Part shown: one piece after another, positions 1 to 12,219 of the stretch
How positions within the stretch are numbered: position 1 is the first letter of the stretch
How the letters are laid out: the number at the start of each line of letters is the position of its first letter
Source of the DNA: Mytilus trossulus
Lineage: Eukaryota
Length of the DNA: 64,000 nucleotides
Reading direction: 5' to 3'
Assembly: GCF_036588685.1 (NCBI RefSeq)
Contig: NC_086386.1
Span: forward strand, 21,886,001-21,950,000
Notes under the pieces: model-generated
Database searches by the model: none
What the model saw: the letters and a program-made list of their open reading frames with translations, nothing else
Told to the model about the DNA's origin: nothing
Program-made: the position numbers and the translations under genes

Positions 1-390
1 AGAAGGTCACCAACAGGTCTTCATACAACTATTTATACCACTGGGTTGATGCCACTGTTGGTGGACATTTCGTTTCCGAGGGTATCACCAGCCAAGTAGT
101 CAACACTTTGGTGTTGTTGACATGAATATCAATAACGTGGTCATTTTTATAAATTTCCTGTTTACAAAACATTGAATTTGTCGAAAAACTAAGGATTTTT
201 TTTTTATCCCAGGCATAAATTACCTTAGCCGTATTTGGCACAATTTTTTTGGCATTTTGGATCCCAAATGCAATTCAATTTCGTACTTGTTTGGCTTTAT
301 AAATATTTTGATGTGCACGTCACTGATTAGTCTTATGTCGACAAAACGCGCTTCTGGCATACTAAATTATAATCCTGGTACATTTGAGAA
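1..390 (+). repeat. Interspersed repeat of the hammerhead-bearing family (degenerate core at ~316-360), preceded by a fragment of a second repeat
   Basis: Similar to 43700-43940 and to the reverse complement of 58295-58500. The core reads CTGATTAG...ACAAAAC, mutated from CTGATGAG...ACGAAAC. Confidence 0.7.
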
Positions 391-929
391 CTATTGGATG
401 AACACTGATTGATATTTTAGTCTTTAATAGATGAATTTTGAATAAGTTGTTATTTGCTTTGAACTTGCTCTCCGTAACTGTGAGTATTTTCGGATCTGTA
501 CTTATTATTTGTGAGGATATTGCCATGTACACTCTGTGTTTTTGTAAGTTAGTTTTCTTCTTTGTATCGATCTGTCGAGTTATTCTATAGTTTGGTCTTA
601 TATTGTGATTTGACACTACTGTACCATTTAATCAATAATAGATAAAGTTCATATAGTTCATAATCAAAGGTACCAGGATTTTAGTCTAGCTCAATACGCC
701 AGACGCGCGTTTCGTCTACACTAGACTCATAATTCCAAAACAGCTGTGTCAAATACGGCTATGGTAATCCATTCTGTGGATAAGAAAAATGTAATCTTTA
801 GTTTTTCGAAAAGTTCCAAGTTTTGCAACAATATATTGTGATTAAAAACTTGCTGAATGGCGGTCATATGTGTGCTGAATTCACCGTTCCCCCAAAAGGT
901 ATTTTCAGTGTCTATAAACACCTACTATA

Positions 930-1811
930 ACGTATAAATGTTATATAATGACTTTATTACGATGTTTTTTTTATGGGTTCAGTGTAAAGACGTCATAAAC
1001 AGCCAGGGAAAACGTGATGTGCAATGCCAAGTTACAGGTATCGACAGATTGAAGATCCATGAGTATGTATATGTATATAACATACTAGTTATATTTAGTT
1101 AGCTTTTAATTTACTGATATCAAAATCAATATTTATAAAAAAAAAAATATATATTCAATGATCTTATTACAGTGTTTAATAGGTAACCTTTTAGAAGTTT
1201 ATTTAATGGAGCGACAAGTTTACATGGATCATTTCTAAACGGACACGATTAACAACATTTCCGTAAAAATGAGGATGTGCTATCGCGTTTGAAATAAGTT
1301 TTCTACAGCTACAGCCAAACTTCAAAACCGAATCTTTATATCGATGGAAAATTTTGGTAAAGATTTTAAGTAATTCATGGTAACGATATCCCTGGTTTGA
1401 TAATTTACCAGTAATACATAGATTGCGTTCATTAAACTCAAAAACGGCACAACAGACACGTGCATAGCGAACAAGCTGTGAAATATAAACACCGTAAGAT
1501 GGTGCCAAAGGAACATCACCATCTAAAAATGGAAAATTAACAACAGGGAACGAGAAGTCGTCTCTTTTGTCGTACATTTTTGTGTGGAGTTTTCCGTTTA
1601 CAATCGAAATATCTAAATCTAGGAAAGGACAGTTATTACCGAATACATTTGATTTATTTAAAGTAAGTTCATTGAGATAAATTTCAGCAGTATATTGAAA
1701 AAATTCTTGATTATTTAACGAAAAAATATCATCAAGATTACAGTAAATGTTGTTGAATTTATCATGATCAATTAAATGCAATTTCGACGGGTCTTTACTG
1801 AGTTCATCCAT
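930..1811 (-). mobile_element. 5'-truncated Penelope-like retroelement: C-terminal RT/thumb region (ORF 1203-1811) plus 3' non-coding part
   Basis: The translation has a degenerate NLDD catalytic motif, then FLDLDI, YDKRDDFSFPVVNFPFLDGDVP and SYGVYISQLVRYARVC, typical of Penelope-like RTs. The RT N-terminus is missing. Older relics of the same family lie at ~30040-30870 (+) and ~31680-32400 (-). Confidence 0.8.
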
Positions 1812-2060
1812 TCATCTAATATTTACGCTTCCGTTGAAAACTTTATTGTAAACTATAGACATTGTCATACATAATTGTTTTTATGATATCTTTATTTGTA
1901 GTGGCAGTATACGCAGTTATTATGCTTTAATCACAAATCAGAAAAAAAACATTAAATTTAAAAGTTGATTTTATTCAAGTTTATAATTAAAACAGAAAAC
2001 AAATGCGCAGAGTACAAATTTAAAAACGCTAGTAACTACAACTGTATACACACGTTATTC

Positions 2061-5000
2061 CTATATGATGTCTTTGTATGCTGGCGGATTTTCTTTGGGT
2101 ATAGATGTTGTATCGTCTGCTAAATTAGTTACAGCGCCGTTATGTACGTCAACTACTGTGTGTGTTCTTGGATCAGAGGAAACATTCAGTTTGGCAGCTG
2201 TATTTCGATTTATAATATCTTCGTATGCTGGTGGATTCAAAGTGGGAGTATATGCTGTATCGTTTGGAAAATTAGTCTCACTGTCATTACCGGAGGTAGC
2301 ATTGGCAAGACTTTTCCAACCATTTCGACATCCAGTCTGTGTCTCAGGATTTGAGATAATAGCAGGTGAATTCCCATTGTCATGGTACAAACCTGATGTA
2401 AGAATTGTTTAGCATGATTATTTGTTGGTATACACATTCAAAATATCAAATGAGTAGATTTGGCGAAGTAAGTCTTTATATTTGAAAACCACTGACAAAA
2501 ACTAAGATCTATTAAGTTCATAAATTTTGTGATGGTTTAAGATTAAATAAAATGACTATACATAAATTCAAAATTAAGACCCTGTTCAAGGCAGACAATA
2601 CACGCATTATTTGATGGACTTTATGGTATTGAAACGTAGTACAAATAGATGTCACCCGTGCTTACAAATGACACAATAAACAAATTAATTAACGAAACTT
2701 TCGTGCTTCAATTGCAATGCAGATTCTACTTTATCAATTTAAACAACAGTTGTTATTCTATAGGATAATGGCAGTGAATACGGTTGTTAAACATTATATG
2801 CCTCTCACAGTAAATAATCCAATACAGATCGTAATTTGTATGTTTGCATCAACGTTTGCATAGTATTTACTTTTTCGAAATTGTTTTCCTCGAAACTGTT
2901 TTTGGCTTGGTTTGAATGATTGCCTTGTTTCGACTTGTTTTTCTTCTTTCACATCGTAATTTCCCAATTAAGTGTTAAACTGCAATCAGTAAAATAATTG
3001 ACGCTTGTAGCGCAAACAGTATCTGTTATTATAATTTTCGGGGGAAATAGGCCTAGGGGGACACACTTTATATGAAATTCACTTACACATACATGCAATT
3101 TGAAATATTCAGATCTTGAATTACTGATTATAAACGATTATCGTTTGGTCGCGTAATATATTATACTATAAATGTTATCTATTTAGCTACACCAGAAGTG
3201 CATTTTGAAAATAAGCATGTCATCAATGCAGCTTGAGACCATTTTTGTTGTTGGTAAAATCAAACCTTGAGCAATATTTTACTTGGTGTTTAAGCCACAA
3301 AATAACCTTAAAGTATATCCAAATACGAACATCTTACCAATAATACGATATTGTAGCTGTTCATTGGTTAATTGTGAGGTCCTTGATTGTTGAAAGCGTC
3401 TGATATTTTTTAGTTTCTTTGCATTTTTGTTTCTCATATAGTATCGACAGCAAGACAGGCAACATGAAATGGTAACTGCAAAAGGCAAAACAATTGCCCT
3501 GAAACGAAATACAATATAAAAAGAAGATGTGGTATGATTGCCATGAGACAACTATCCACAAAAGACCAAAATAACGCAAACATTAACAATTATAGGTCAC
3601 TGTACGGCCTTCAACACTGAGCAAAGCCCATATCGCATATAGTCAGATAAAAAAGGCCCCGATAAGACAATGTAAAACAATTCAAGCGAGAAAACTAACG
3701 GCCTTATTTTTGTAAAAAAATGAAGTATATTATTTGTATACAACAAACTTAATATCAAAATAAAAATAATGTTTCTGAAACATTTATTTATAGTTTTAAT
3801 AGGACTACCGTAGTTCAAATGTACCTCTCTGTGAAAATAATCAGATACAAAAGATGTGACATTATTTCATTTCTTCTATAGCGTCTAAATAGTATTCACT
3901 GTCTCATATATCTTTTTCCGAAAATTATAGCCTTTTATTCCATGATACAATGCATCAAAACTATTTTATGAGAATATGTTTGTCAATTACTCACATGCAG
4001 ACACACGTTAACAAAAGCTGGTGCTTCGCAGTGAAAAAAAGTAGTACAATCCAGTTCAAAACAACTGGTTTTTTTATTAAAATCTTTTGCGTTAATCGAA
4101 TTAAATATTTAATACATATGGTGTGTCCGAAACGCTTTTGGGATTTACAAAAATCTAAGCATTAGAAACCAACGAATTTGTTAATTCGCTGCAACTTCAA
4201 AAGCTATACGTCTAACCAAAAATCAAAAACGGCAAATGTATGTAAGTAGATATAAGAAGCTGATTATGAGTGCCTATTAGACAACTCTCTATCCAAGTCA
4301 CGATTTATAAAAATAAACCAAAATAGGTCAAAGTACGGTCTTAAACACGGAGCCCCTGCTCACAGCAAACATCAAACTCGGTCAGCTTAGCTCAATGAGG
4401 TTTGGGTGCCTGTAATGCGTAAATACAATACCAGCCTCTTTTTATCTAGTTTTACTAATTAATAGTAATAAACGGAGTTGGTTTTTCTATCTAATAAAAT
4501 TCTAGCTTGATACCAAAAAACATATTTAATCAATTTTAATGTTTTACTCGTTCCTTACGCAATAGCTCCAGAATTTGTTTCCGTCTCATTAGAGTTATCC
4601 ATTAAATATGCGTGTATCCAATTTCCTGTTTTCCCTCTAGTATATCTTGAAAAATCTCTTGACAGTGTCGGTTTTCTGAAATCAAGAATTTCATATTTCA
4701 GTTTACAAATGTATGGCGTTTTTCAATCGATATCTTTCACAAAAATAAATTCAACAACGACAACGAAGGTGAAATAAAAGCCATTGGTGGTATTGAAGTT
4801 CAAATACTACGACATGAGATAAACGCAAGGTAAATCATGCGTTTCACATGTGAATTTACAAACAAAATGCGTTTTTCAATTGATATCTTCCACACAAAAA
4901 AAACATAGGCGGAAATAAAAATGACCTTTGTTAGCCTTATAACATAAGTTCTAAGAAATGAGATACATTTAAAGTAAGTATAGTTGATATGTATAAACAA

Positions 5001-7568
5001 CATGTTAACTGTCAGAAAAAAACAAAATTCAAAATATACATAAATAAACAATGACTGTTTAGAGTTTTGATAAGTCACTACCAAAATTTTCCTATATGTA
5101 TTAGTAAATACATAATTGCCAAACACCTGACGTATGTGTAATGATTGTTATTGAAATCATCGACGTGGTCCAAGAATTGTATACATCCCAAGAGTACAGT
5201 TAAAAAAATAATATATCTGTGAATATCATATATCTCCCCAACAGAGGCGTAGTTTAAATCAGCTGTATTTACAAAGTGCAACCTAAAATATTATTAAAGG
5301 CAAAAAGGTGATGGAAGCGCAATGATTTTAAACTGCATTATTCAGCAGGACATTCCTTAAAACAAAACAAAAAGAACAATGGTGTAGTTGATACGACAGT
5401 TTATTGATTACACTTAATAATTGATCATTGGAAGGTTGGTTGAATTTGAGGACATCATTACACCACAACGTAATAGTAAAACATTATAATACTGAATAAC
5501 GTTCAAAGCACATGATCGTTTGGAGAGGTTTATCGTGAGACCCGAATCTACCAAAAATCTATAAACCGTCATGACAATAAAACCAACAAGTCAACAATAA
5601 TTAAATCAGTATAAAACAAAATAACTGAAATACAAAAGGAATGCAACACTAAACGAAAACAGAAGGGCAATCAATGAACAAAAGGCAAACCGATGAACAG
5701 ATAACACACAAAAGCGACATACAATAAGACATATACATGATATACATGTAACATTAAAAAACTCAAAATAAATAAGAAACATATATTCTAAAAAAAACAG
5801 GGGCAGTGCTCGTGGGAGAACAGAACTTGCTTCTTGAAATCAATTTTATTTAAATTTTATACATGAGGCATTCGCCTCAATGTAGTTACGGCCCTGTTGA
5901 ATAAAAGTCAGGTTAGTGTTCCTTAGACAATAGACCTCAAGTTGAATGAAACCAAATTTCAGACATTTCAAGTTCAAGTATATCTAAAAAACATTTATAA
6001 ATTTATTAGTAAAAGATTTGGGAAGTGACTCTTTTTTGTTGAAAAAATATGAATTTTATGACGAATCTAGTTCATCCCATACTTTTGGAAAATATTTATG
6101 AAATAGCTTAAAAGACCTGCCGAGTTATTTATTTTTGATACAGTGTAAGTCAGGTTATTTATTTTCAAATTACCACAGAACAAACCATTCATTGTTGTGA
6201 TTATCAAGGCTGAGTTATTTGTTTTCAAATTCCTCCTCCCTCCTCCGGAATATCAATTGGTCGTCCAAATTGCAGACGTGTGTTTCTAAATCATGCTCAT
6301 CTCTGTCTAATCCAAATCAGAACATGTAATTTAGTTTTGTAATCATTGTTTTTGTTTTTTTGCTGTACTGTTTTTTTTCTCGTTTTTTTCCTTTTTGTTT
6401 AAATTTCTTTGACATCAATCGAACTTCGTTTTTCACGTTTTGTCATGTCGAGGCCATGTGTTGTTTTAAACGGGATATATAGTTTGCTCGTTGTAAATGT
6501 TCGTATGGTGACCAAAAGTCGATAAAATGTAATCTTAGGGTTATTATTTTGTTATTTATCTAACATTAAAGAAATAAAAGACGATAACTGAAAGGAAAAG
6601 GTATGATAAGGGCCGTTTCTGGCCCCCCTTTTTTCGAGAATTTCAATGCCTGTTATTTTCTTGTTTGAACGTAATACATACACACATGCAAAGAGAGAAA
6701 GTAAAATGTCGTGCCAGTAGCTTTTTAACATGTTGCTTCCAGTAGCAGCTACTTCATACATTTCATGTAACCCATTTAATATGTTTATTCAGTATAATGG
6801 TAAATAATTTCAACGGGCATTTTATTATTGGGTTACAATGACAGATCTTTCCTTCTTGAAATTATGTATTTGGCGTTTACGTATAAGATTTTTTTAAAGT
6901 GTATTTCATACTTGATGATCATAAATACGTTTAAAATCTAAATAGTCGTCTACAAGTATTTGATACCAATACTTCAAGTATTTCGAGAAAGGAGGGAAAA
7001 GCTTTTAGTTTTTTTTTGGGTAAAGATGAATATTATTCAAGCAAGCAATAACTGATTGAAAAAAAAAACAGATAATGTTAGCTAGAACAATTTGTTTTAT
7101 GTTATCTACTGTTAATCAACAAAGCTCTTTTAAATGCGTTTGATGAACTATGCCTAAAATAAAATTACGCCAATTGGATTTCGCTTTTCAATGAAAAATA
7201 CCTAGTAAGAAAACATATTGCTTTATAATCCAATATAGTACTGACATTAATTATTTAATTAAAATATTCCCTGTAGATGGGTTATACGCCTATACATGTT
7301 ATATCCCTCACAATCGAAGAAATGGTTGATTATGGTTACAGAATATGTTGGAACAACATTCTTTACCCACAGCCGACCGAGATTGGTATCTTGTGATACA
7401 TTGCGTTATATTAGGATTACATCTATTGATTAATTAACAACTATTCGAGATGCATATATAAGCCTTATACATTAATAAATACACTAATAAATGCAAGTCT
7501 CACTTACCAGATGATGAATAAATCACCAACAAATGTAAAGAAAGTGTTGAAACTATATAACGCTCCAT
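2061..7568 (-). CDS. Gene A: single-pass membrane protein, Shisa/WBP1-like with PPxY tail, 268 aa; complement(join(2061..2392,3338..3498,4559..4675,5127..5262,7508..7568))
   Basis: Exons of 61+136+117+161+332 = 807 nt give an open frame; all introns are GT-AG with phases 1,2,2,1. Signal peptide MERYIVSTLSLHLLVIYSSSA, TM GAIAAIVLPFAVTISCCLSCC followed by RYYMRNKNAKKLK, tail with NPPAYEDI and NPPAYKDI. Exon 2 lacks the family Cys pattern and is the least certain exon. Confidence 0.8.
3515..3722 (+). repeat. Abundant interspersed repeat (AAGAAGATGTGGTATGATTGCC(A)ATGAGACAAC family)
   Basis: Further copies or fragments at ~4250-4370, 14100-14280, 49255-49565 (-), 50340-50680 (+), 55103-55165 (-) and 59700-60340 (-). 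Confidence 0.8.
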
Positions 7569-7591
7569 CGCCTTTAACAAGTCTGATAATT

Positions 7592-7765
7592 ACAGGAAGT
7601 TTCTTAGGAGGGATTCCATTTTATTTTTACTGCACCAGGAACAGTTCCTGTTATCATATTCTAAAGAAAGGTGTAATACGTAAACAATATCATATTTATA
7701 AAAAAAAACTTCATTCTGAATAGGGAGCTTATAAAGGGAATGCATGTAGATTATGTGTAAATATT
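7592..7765 (-). promoter_or_regulatory. Putative proximal promoter/5' UTR of gene A with an ETS-type site (ACAGGAAGT, 7592-7600)
   Basis: The blocks ATCCCTC(C/A)TAAGAAACTTCCTGT and CTCCCTATT.A.AATGA are conserved with the region upstream of gene C (37010-37142), while neighbouring non-coding DNA is not. Confidence 0.5.
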
Positions 7766-8398
7766 TGCATAGATATTATTGTAGCCTTTCATAGATGACG
7801 TATAGAAATGATGATTTGTCTGATAGTATCAGCTTCTTTCTTTTTAAAAGGAATTGATAAAAAATTAAAGTTAACGACGCCCACACCAGTCTAGGCCTCA
7901 TACACAATTTAGGTTTTTCCTGATATTGACCTTAGATTTCTTTTCTTCTGTGGTGCTTGTACAATAAACCTGTATTCTAAAGACCTCAAATTAAATCGTT
8001 AGTGATATCAGTCATCCATAGCTAAAACGGAAAAACCCGAACTATTATTAAATCAAAACAATGTTTATTTTAAGGTAGTTCGCTTGCTTTTTCCTTTTTT
8101 TTTCAAAGGAATTCTATTTTGTCTTGACCTTATTTTGTATGTATGTCCAAACAATGTCTTTTACATATCATATGCACCTTTTATGTACCTTGATTAAACT
8201 ATACGATGTTTGTGAAGTTAGGAGCTGGCTGCTTATTCGTCGTCCGATAATTTCAATATCAAATGAAAATTTTAAAAACCATGAATAATTCAAAACATTA
8301 ATTTAAATATTGACTATATTCAGAAAGTTTATATAAATAATTACAACATATTGATATATTTGGCTTCAATAGACAATCGCATAACCTCATACATTACT

Positions 8399-8718
8399 CA
8401 CGGGGGGGGGGGGGGGTCTCAACATGGGATTTTGGGTACAGGTGTGCAGCTGGGATTTTAAAAACACCCCCCATTCATATATTGAATAATTGTGAAATCC
8501 CTACCTATACATATATTTCACAGCGAAATCATAACCCATTCATATATTTATGACCCATTGATATATCACAATCGGTCAATTACTACCTATTGATATATTT
8601 CCTCGGTAAAATTGCACCCCATTGATATATTTGACGGATCAAAAAAGGGACCCATTCCAGCGGCACATATGTATATACCTTTATATAGGAAGAGACCCCC
8701 CCCCCCCCCCCCCCCGTG
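8399..8718. mobile_element. 320-bp MITE, hAT-like
   Basis: TIRs CACG(n)TCTC / GAGAC(n)GTG; perfect 8-bp TSD ACATTACT (8391-8398, 8719-8726); internal short repeats CCCATT(C/G)ATATAT. Confidence 0.85.
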
Positions 8719-9928
8719 ACATTACTCTTAGTTAAATACAGATATCAGTTTTTCAATCTTAAACGATAGAAATGAAGAAAAAAAATATTACGTGACGAAC
8801 CCCAAATTCAAAGCAGTAAGTAAATATTTCTCTTCCCAGTTTCTAGTCCTCATCCAAAAATACAAAAATACGGCGATATTGACCTAAAATTTCAGTTTAA
8901 TTGTACTTGTGCAATAAACCGATATATTGAAAGACATACCATAACATCGTTAACGATAACATTAAATCAAAGTTAAAACTATAACCGAACCCATATTTTC
9001 ATAAAAACTTAAATGTGTTTATTTTTCAATAGTTTGCTTTCGAATGTTTTTAAAAATAGTCATCTCCTTATGCTTTTGCCTTATTTTGTATGTATTCATA
9101 CAATGTATGTGGATGTTATAATATGTACAATATATGAATTAGCGCAATAAGTGAAGTAAGACATTAAGGTTAAAACCTAGGCAATACGATAAATGAAGGT
9201 ATGACATTATTGCAGGCAATAAGTGAAATTCAAGATTTTTGTTTTGTCTTCAACATACACAACATTCAATGAAAATATTCTTGAGCGACGAATTCTGTTT
9301 AAATTGTCTTCCAAGTTTTAATATATTCATAAGTTGATATCGTATGTAAAGGGGGGATAAGAGAAATTTAAAAAAACTTGTATTTTTCTAGTGTTTTTGG
9401 AAACGCTCGTAAAGAAACAGGTAAATTAATGTCTACAGAGATCGTACATGTATGAAAAGAAATAAATAGTGTTTATCTATAGAGGACAGTAGCATGCCAT
9501 ACGACCAATATTAGGAGTGAATGGTGATACTCTTTGGACTGAGTTGCCCCATATCTCAGTATGCACATCGAAGCTTTCACAAGAATATCTAAGATAGTAT
9601 GTCATGAAAGATATAAATTAAGATGCATCGACTGTAAACAGTAGTTATAGTAATAAGGTTTAAACTTAAAATTTGTATTGGTATCATTATGAATGTAATT
9701 AGAAATACTTTTAATTAAGAAACCAACCTTTATGAAACAGAAACAAAACACACCAAAAAATCACTACTCTTTTATAAGAAGTCAACAAAGTTATTTCTTA
9801 ATAGTAACAACTGAATATAAAGGAAAAACACCTTATATATTTTTGAATGATTCGAAGGAACTTAGAGTGTCATAGTGTGCGTTATCTTTTAAGAGTTAAT
9901 AGGTATATCTAATGCATCTTTCATATAA

Positions 9929-11775
9929 AACAAGAGGCTCTTTTTTCTTCAAAAGCAAAACAAAAATCATTTTCTCCTATGTTCTATTTTAGCAATTGGA
10001 GCTATGTTTCTTTACATACAGGGAAATAAAATTTATACTAGATACTCTGAAACTCATTTAGCCTAAGTTTGGCCGAAACTGATACAACAGTTTCAAAGGA
10101 GAAGATTTTTTTAAAGTAAGTCAACATGATGAACAAATTGTAAAAAAAAGTCTTTTAAGGGCAATAACTCCTTAAGGGGTCAATTGACAATTTTGGTTAA
10201 ATCAACTTATTTGTAGATCTTACTTTGCTTAACATTTTTGCTATAAACAGTTTATCTGTATCTATAATAATATTCAAGATAATAACCAAAAACTTCAAAA
10301 TTTCTTTAAAATCATCATTTCAGGGGCATTATACTGCAATCAGCTAGTTTACTGTACAGATAAAGGTATACGTATAAACGTTAGCTTTATACGTCAATGA
10401 CCCCAACTGACGTATAAGCCCCGCCTCCTTATTGTATTTCATCAACAACATCACGTCACGACCATGACAACGTAAAGTAACAATGGTCAAACTTTTTTTC
10501 AATTTAAACTTTTATGTCTTCAAATTGGTTATTCATATCTCATGTTTATCAAATGTTATTAATTAAGTTCATTTTCCCTTTCTAATTCCTTAATACGCCA
10601 ATGTCTTACCACCTGGACTACGCTCATAGGGAAATACCCCAAAATGGTACCTCAAGAGGGAAATTCCAAACACTTTTTTTAACAATTTTTGTTACATGTT
10701 TTTTTTCATTTTTCTTTTTTTTTTTTGGATTTCAGTATAAAAACAATATACGTACAGTATCTTGAAATATGAAATTTATTTGTATTTGGCACGAAACGGG
10801 AAAATGCTCGGTAGAACCTCGCATTTTCCCGTTTCTAAGCCTCATACAAATAAATTTCATATTTCAAGACACTATACGTATATTGTCTGATTATACCTGA
10901 AAAACCAGTTACCCAATTGGGCTGAAAATTTCAGGACAGGTAGACCTTGACCTAATACATACTTTAACTTCGTGTCTTATTTGCTCTAAATGCTGGAGTT
11001 TTTGAGATATAAGCCAAAAACTGCATTTTACCCTGTGTTTTATTTTTAGCCATGACGGCCATGTTTTTTTTACGAAATAGCAAATAAAGCACAAACTTTA
11101 TTTTATACACACTACTGATCATTCAGTTGAAGTTTGGTTGTATTTGGTTGAGTAGTTTTAGAGAAGATTTTTACAAATTGTGAAAAATTGTCATTAAAGG
11201 ACAAAAGCCCCTTAAGGGGTCAATTGATAATGTTGGTCATATTAACTTATTTGTAGATCTTACTTTGCTGATCATTTTTGTTGTTTACAGTTTATCTTTA
11301 TCTTTAATAATATTCAAGATCATGACCAAAAACTGCAAAATTTTCTTAAAATTACCAATTTTAAAGTGGCAGCAATCCAACAATTGGTTGTTTGATTCAT
11401 CTGAAAATTTCAGGGCTGATAGATCTTTACCTAATGGACATTTTAACTTCACGTCAGATTTGCTCTAAAAGCTTTCGTTTTTGAGATATAAGCCAAAAAC
11501 TGCATTTGACCCCTATGTTCTATTTTTAGCAATGGCGACCATGTTTGTTGATAAATCAAAACTTCGGATACAATTTATAAACTAAATACCCTAAGGAACA
11601 TTCAGTTAAATTTTGGAAGTATTTGGCCTAGTAGTTTCAGAGGAGAAGATTCTTGAAATAGTTTACGACGACAGACGACGAGTACGACAGACGACAGACG
11701 ACGTACGACGGACGACGACGGACGCCAAGTGATGGCATAAGCTCACTTGGCCCTTCGGGCCAGTTGAGCTAAAAA
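9929..11775 (+). mobile_element. Non-autonomous Helentron/HINE-type element with internal tandem repeats, interrupted by a nested insertion at ~10329-10896
   Basis: Starts AACAAGAG; internal ~480-bp unit repeated; (GAC/GACA)n microsatellite at 11665-11725; 3' hairpin AGCTCACTTGGCCC-TTC-GGGCCAGTTGAGCT followed by an A-run. Confidence 0.65.
10329..10896. mobile_element. Nested ~570-bp insertion with a long subterminal hairpin (10743-10886)
   Basis: Flanked by the direct repeat (A)TTATAC; absent from the second repeat unit of the host element; ~65-bp imperfect stem. Confidence 0.6.
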
Positions 11776-11893
11776 TGTACATAGGATATTTCATTACGAA
11801 TCACAGACTTAGAAGTAGGTAAATGTATATAAATTCAGTTTGTCATTGATGCTCTTCAGCTTTGTACTTGGTTTTCTAACCATTTTGATTTTG

Positions 11894-11937
11894 GCGTCAC
11901 TGATGAGTCTTTTGTAGACGAAACGCGCTTCTGGCAT
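11894..11937 (+). ncRNA. Minimal type I hammerhead ribozyme motif (slightly degenerate)
   Basis: GCGTCA-CTGATGA-GTCT tttgt AGAC-GAAA-CGCGC-TTC-TGGCAT. The core is intact but the cleavage triplet is TTC instead of GTC. Confidence 0.65.
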
Positions 11938-12219
11938 ATCAAATTATATTCCAGTTCCTGTTGTTTCATCCGAATAAGGCAGGATTAATTTCCCTTGTAA
12001 ATGCTTCATTCACTGGTTGTCAAATTCTACTTGAATTAAACAAATATTCGAAGTCTTTTTCAACAACAAGTCAAACAATTACAAATAATAATGGTGATAG
12101 TGATTTCAAGTAATAAAATATAACTTACAAGCGGACAAAAGTGTCAAGATTGAAAAAAAGCTATCAAAGGTACCAGGATTATAATTTAGTACGCCAGGAC
12201 TGCTGAACTGATGATATCC

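Noticed and set aside
2065-2412. Plus-strand ORFs opposite exon 5 of A, and likewise 15329-15664 opposite exon 5 of B
   Set aside because: Antisense shadows of real coding exons; their mutual similarity only mirrors the PPAY repeats.
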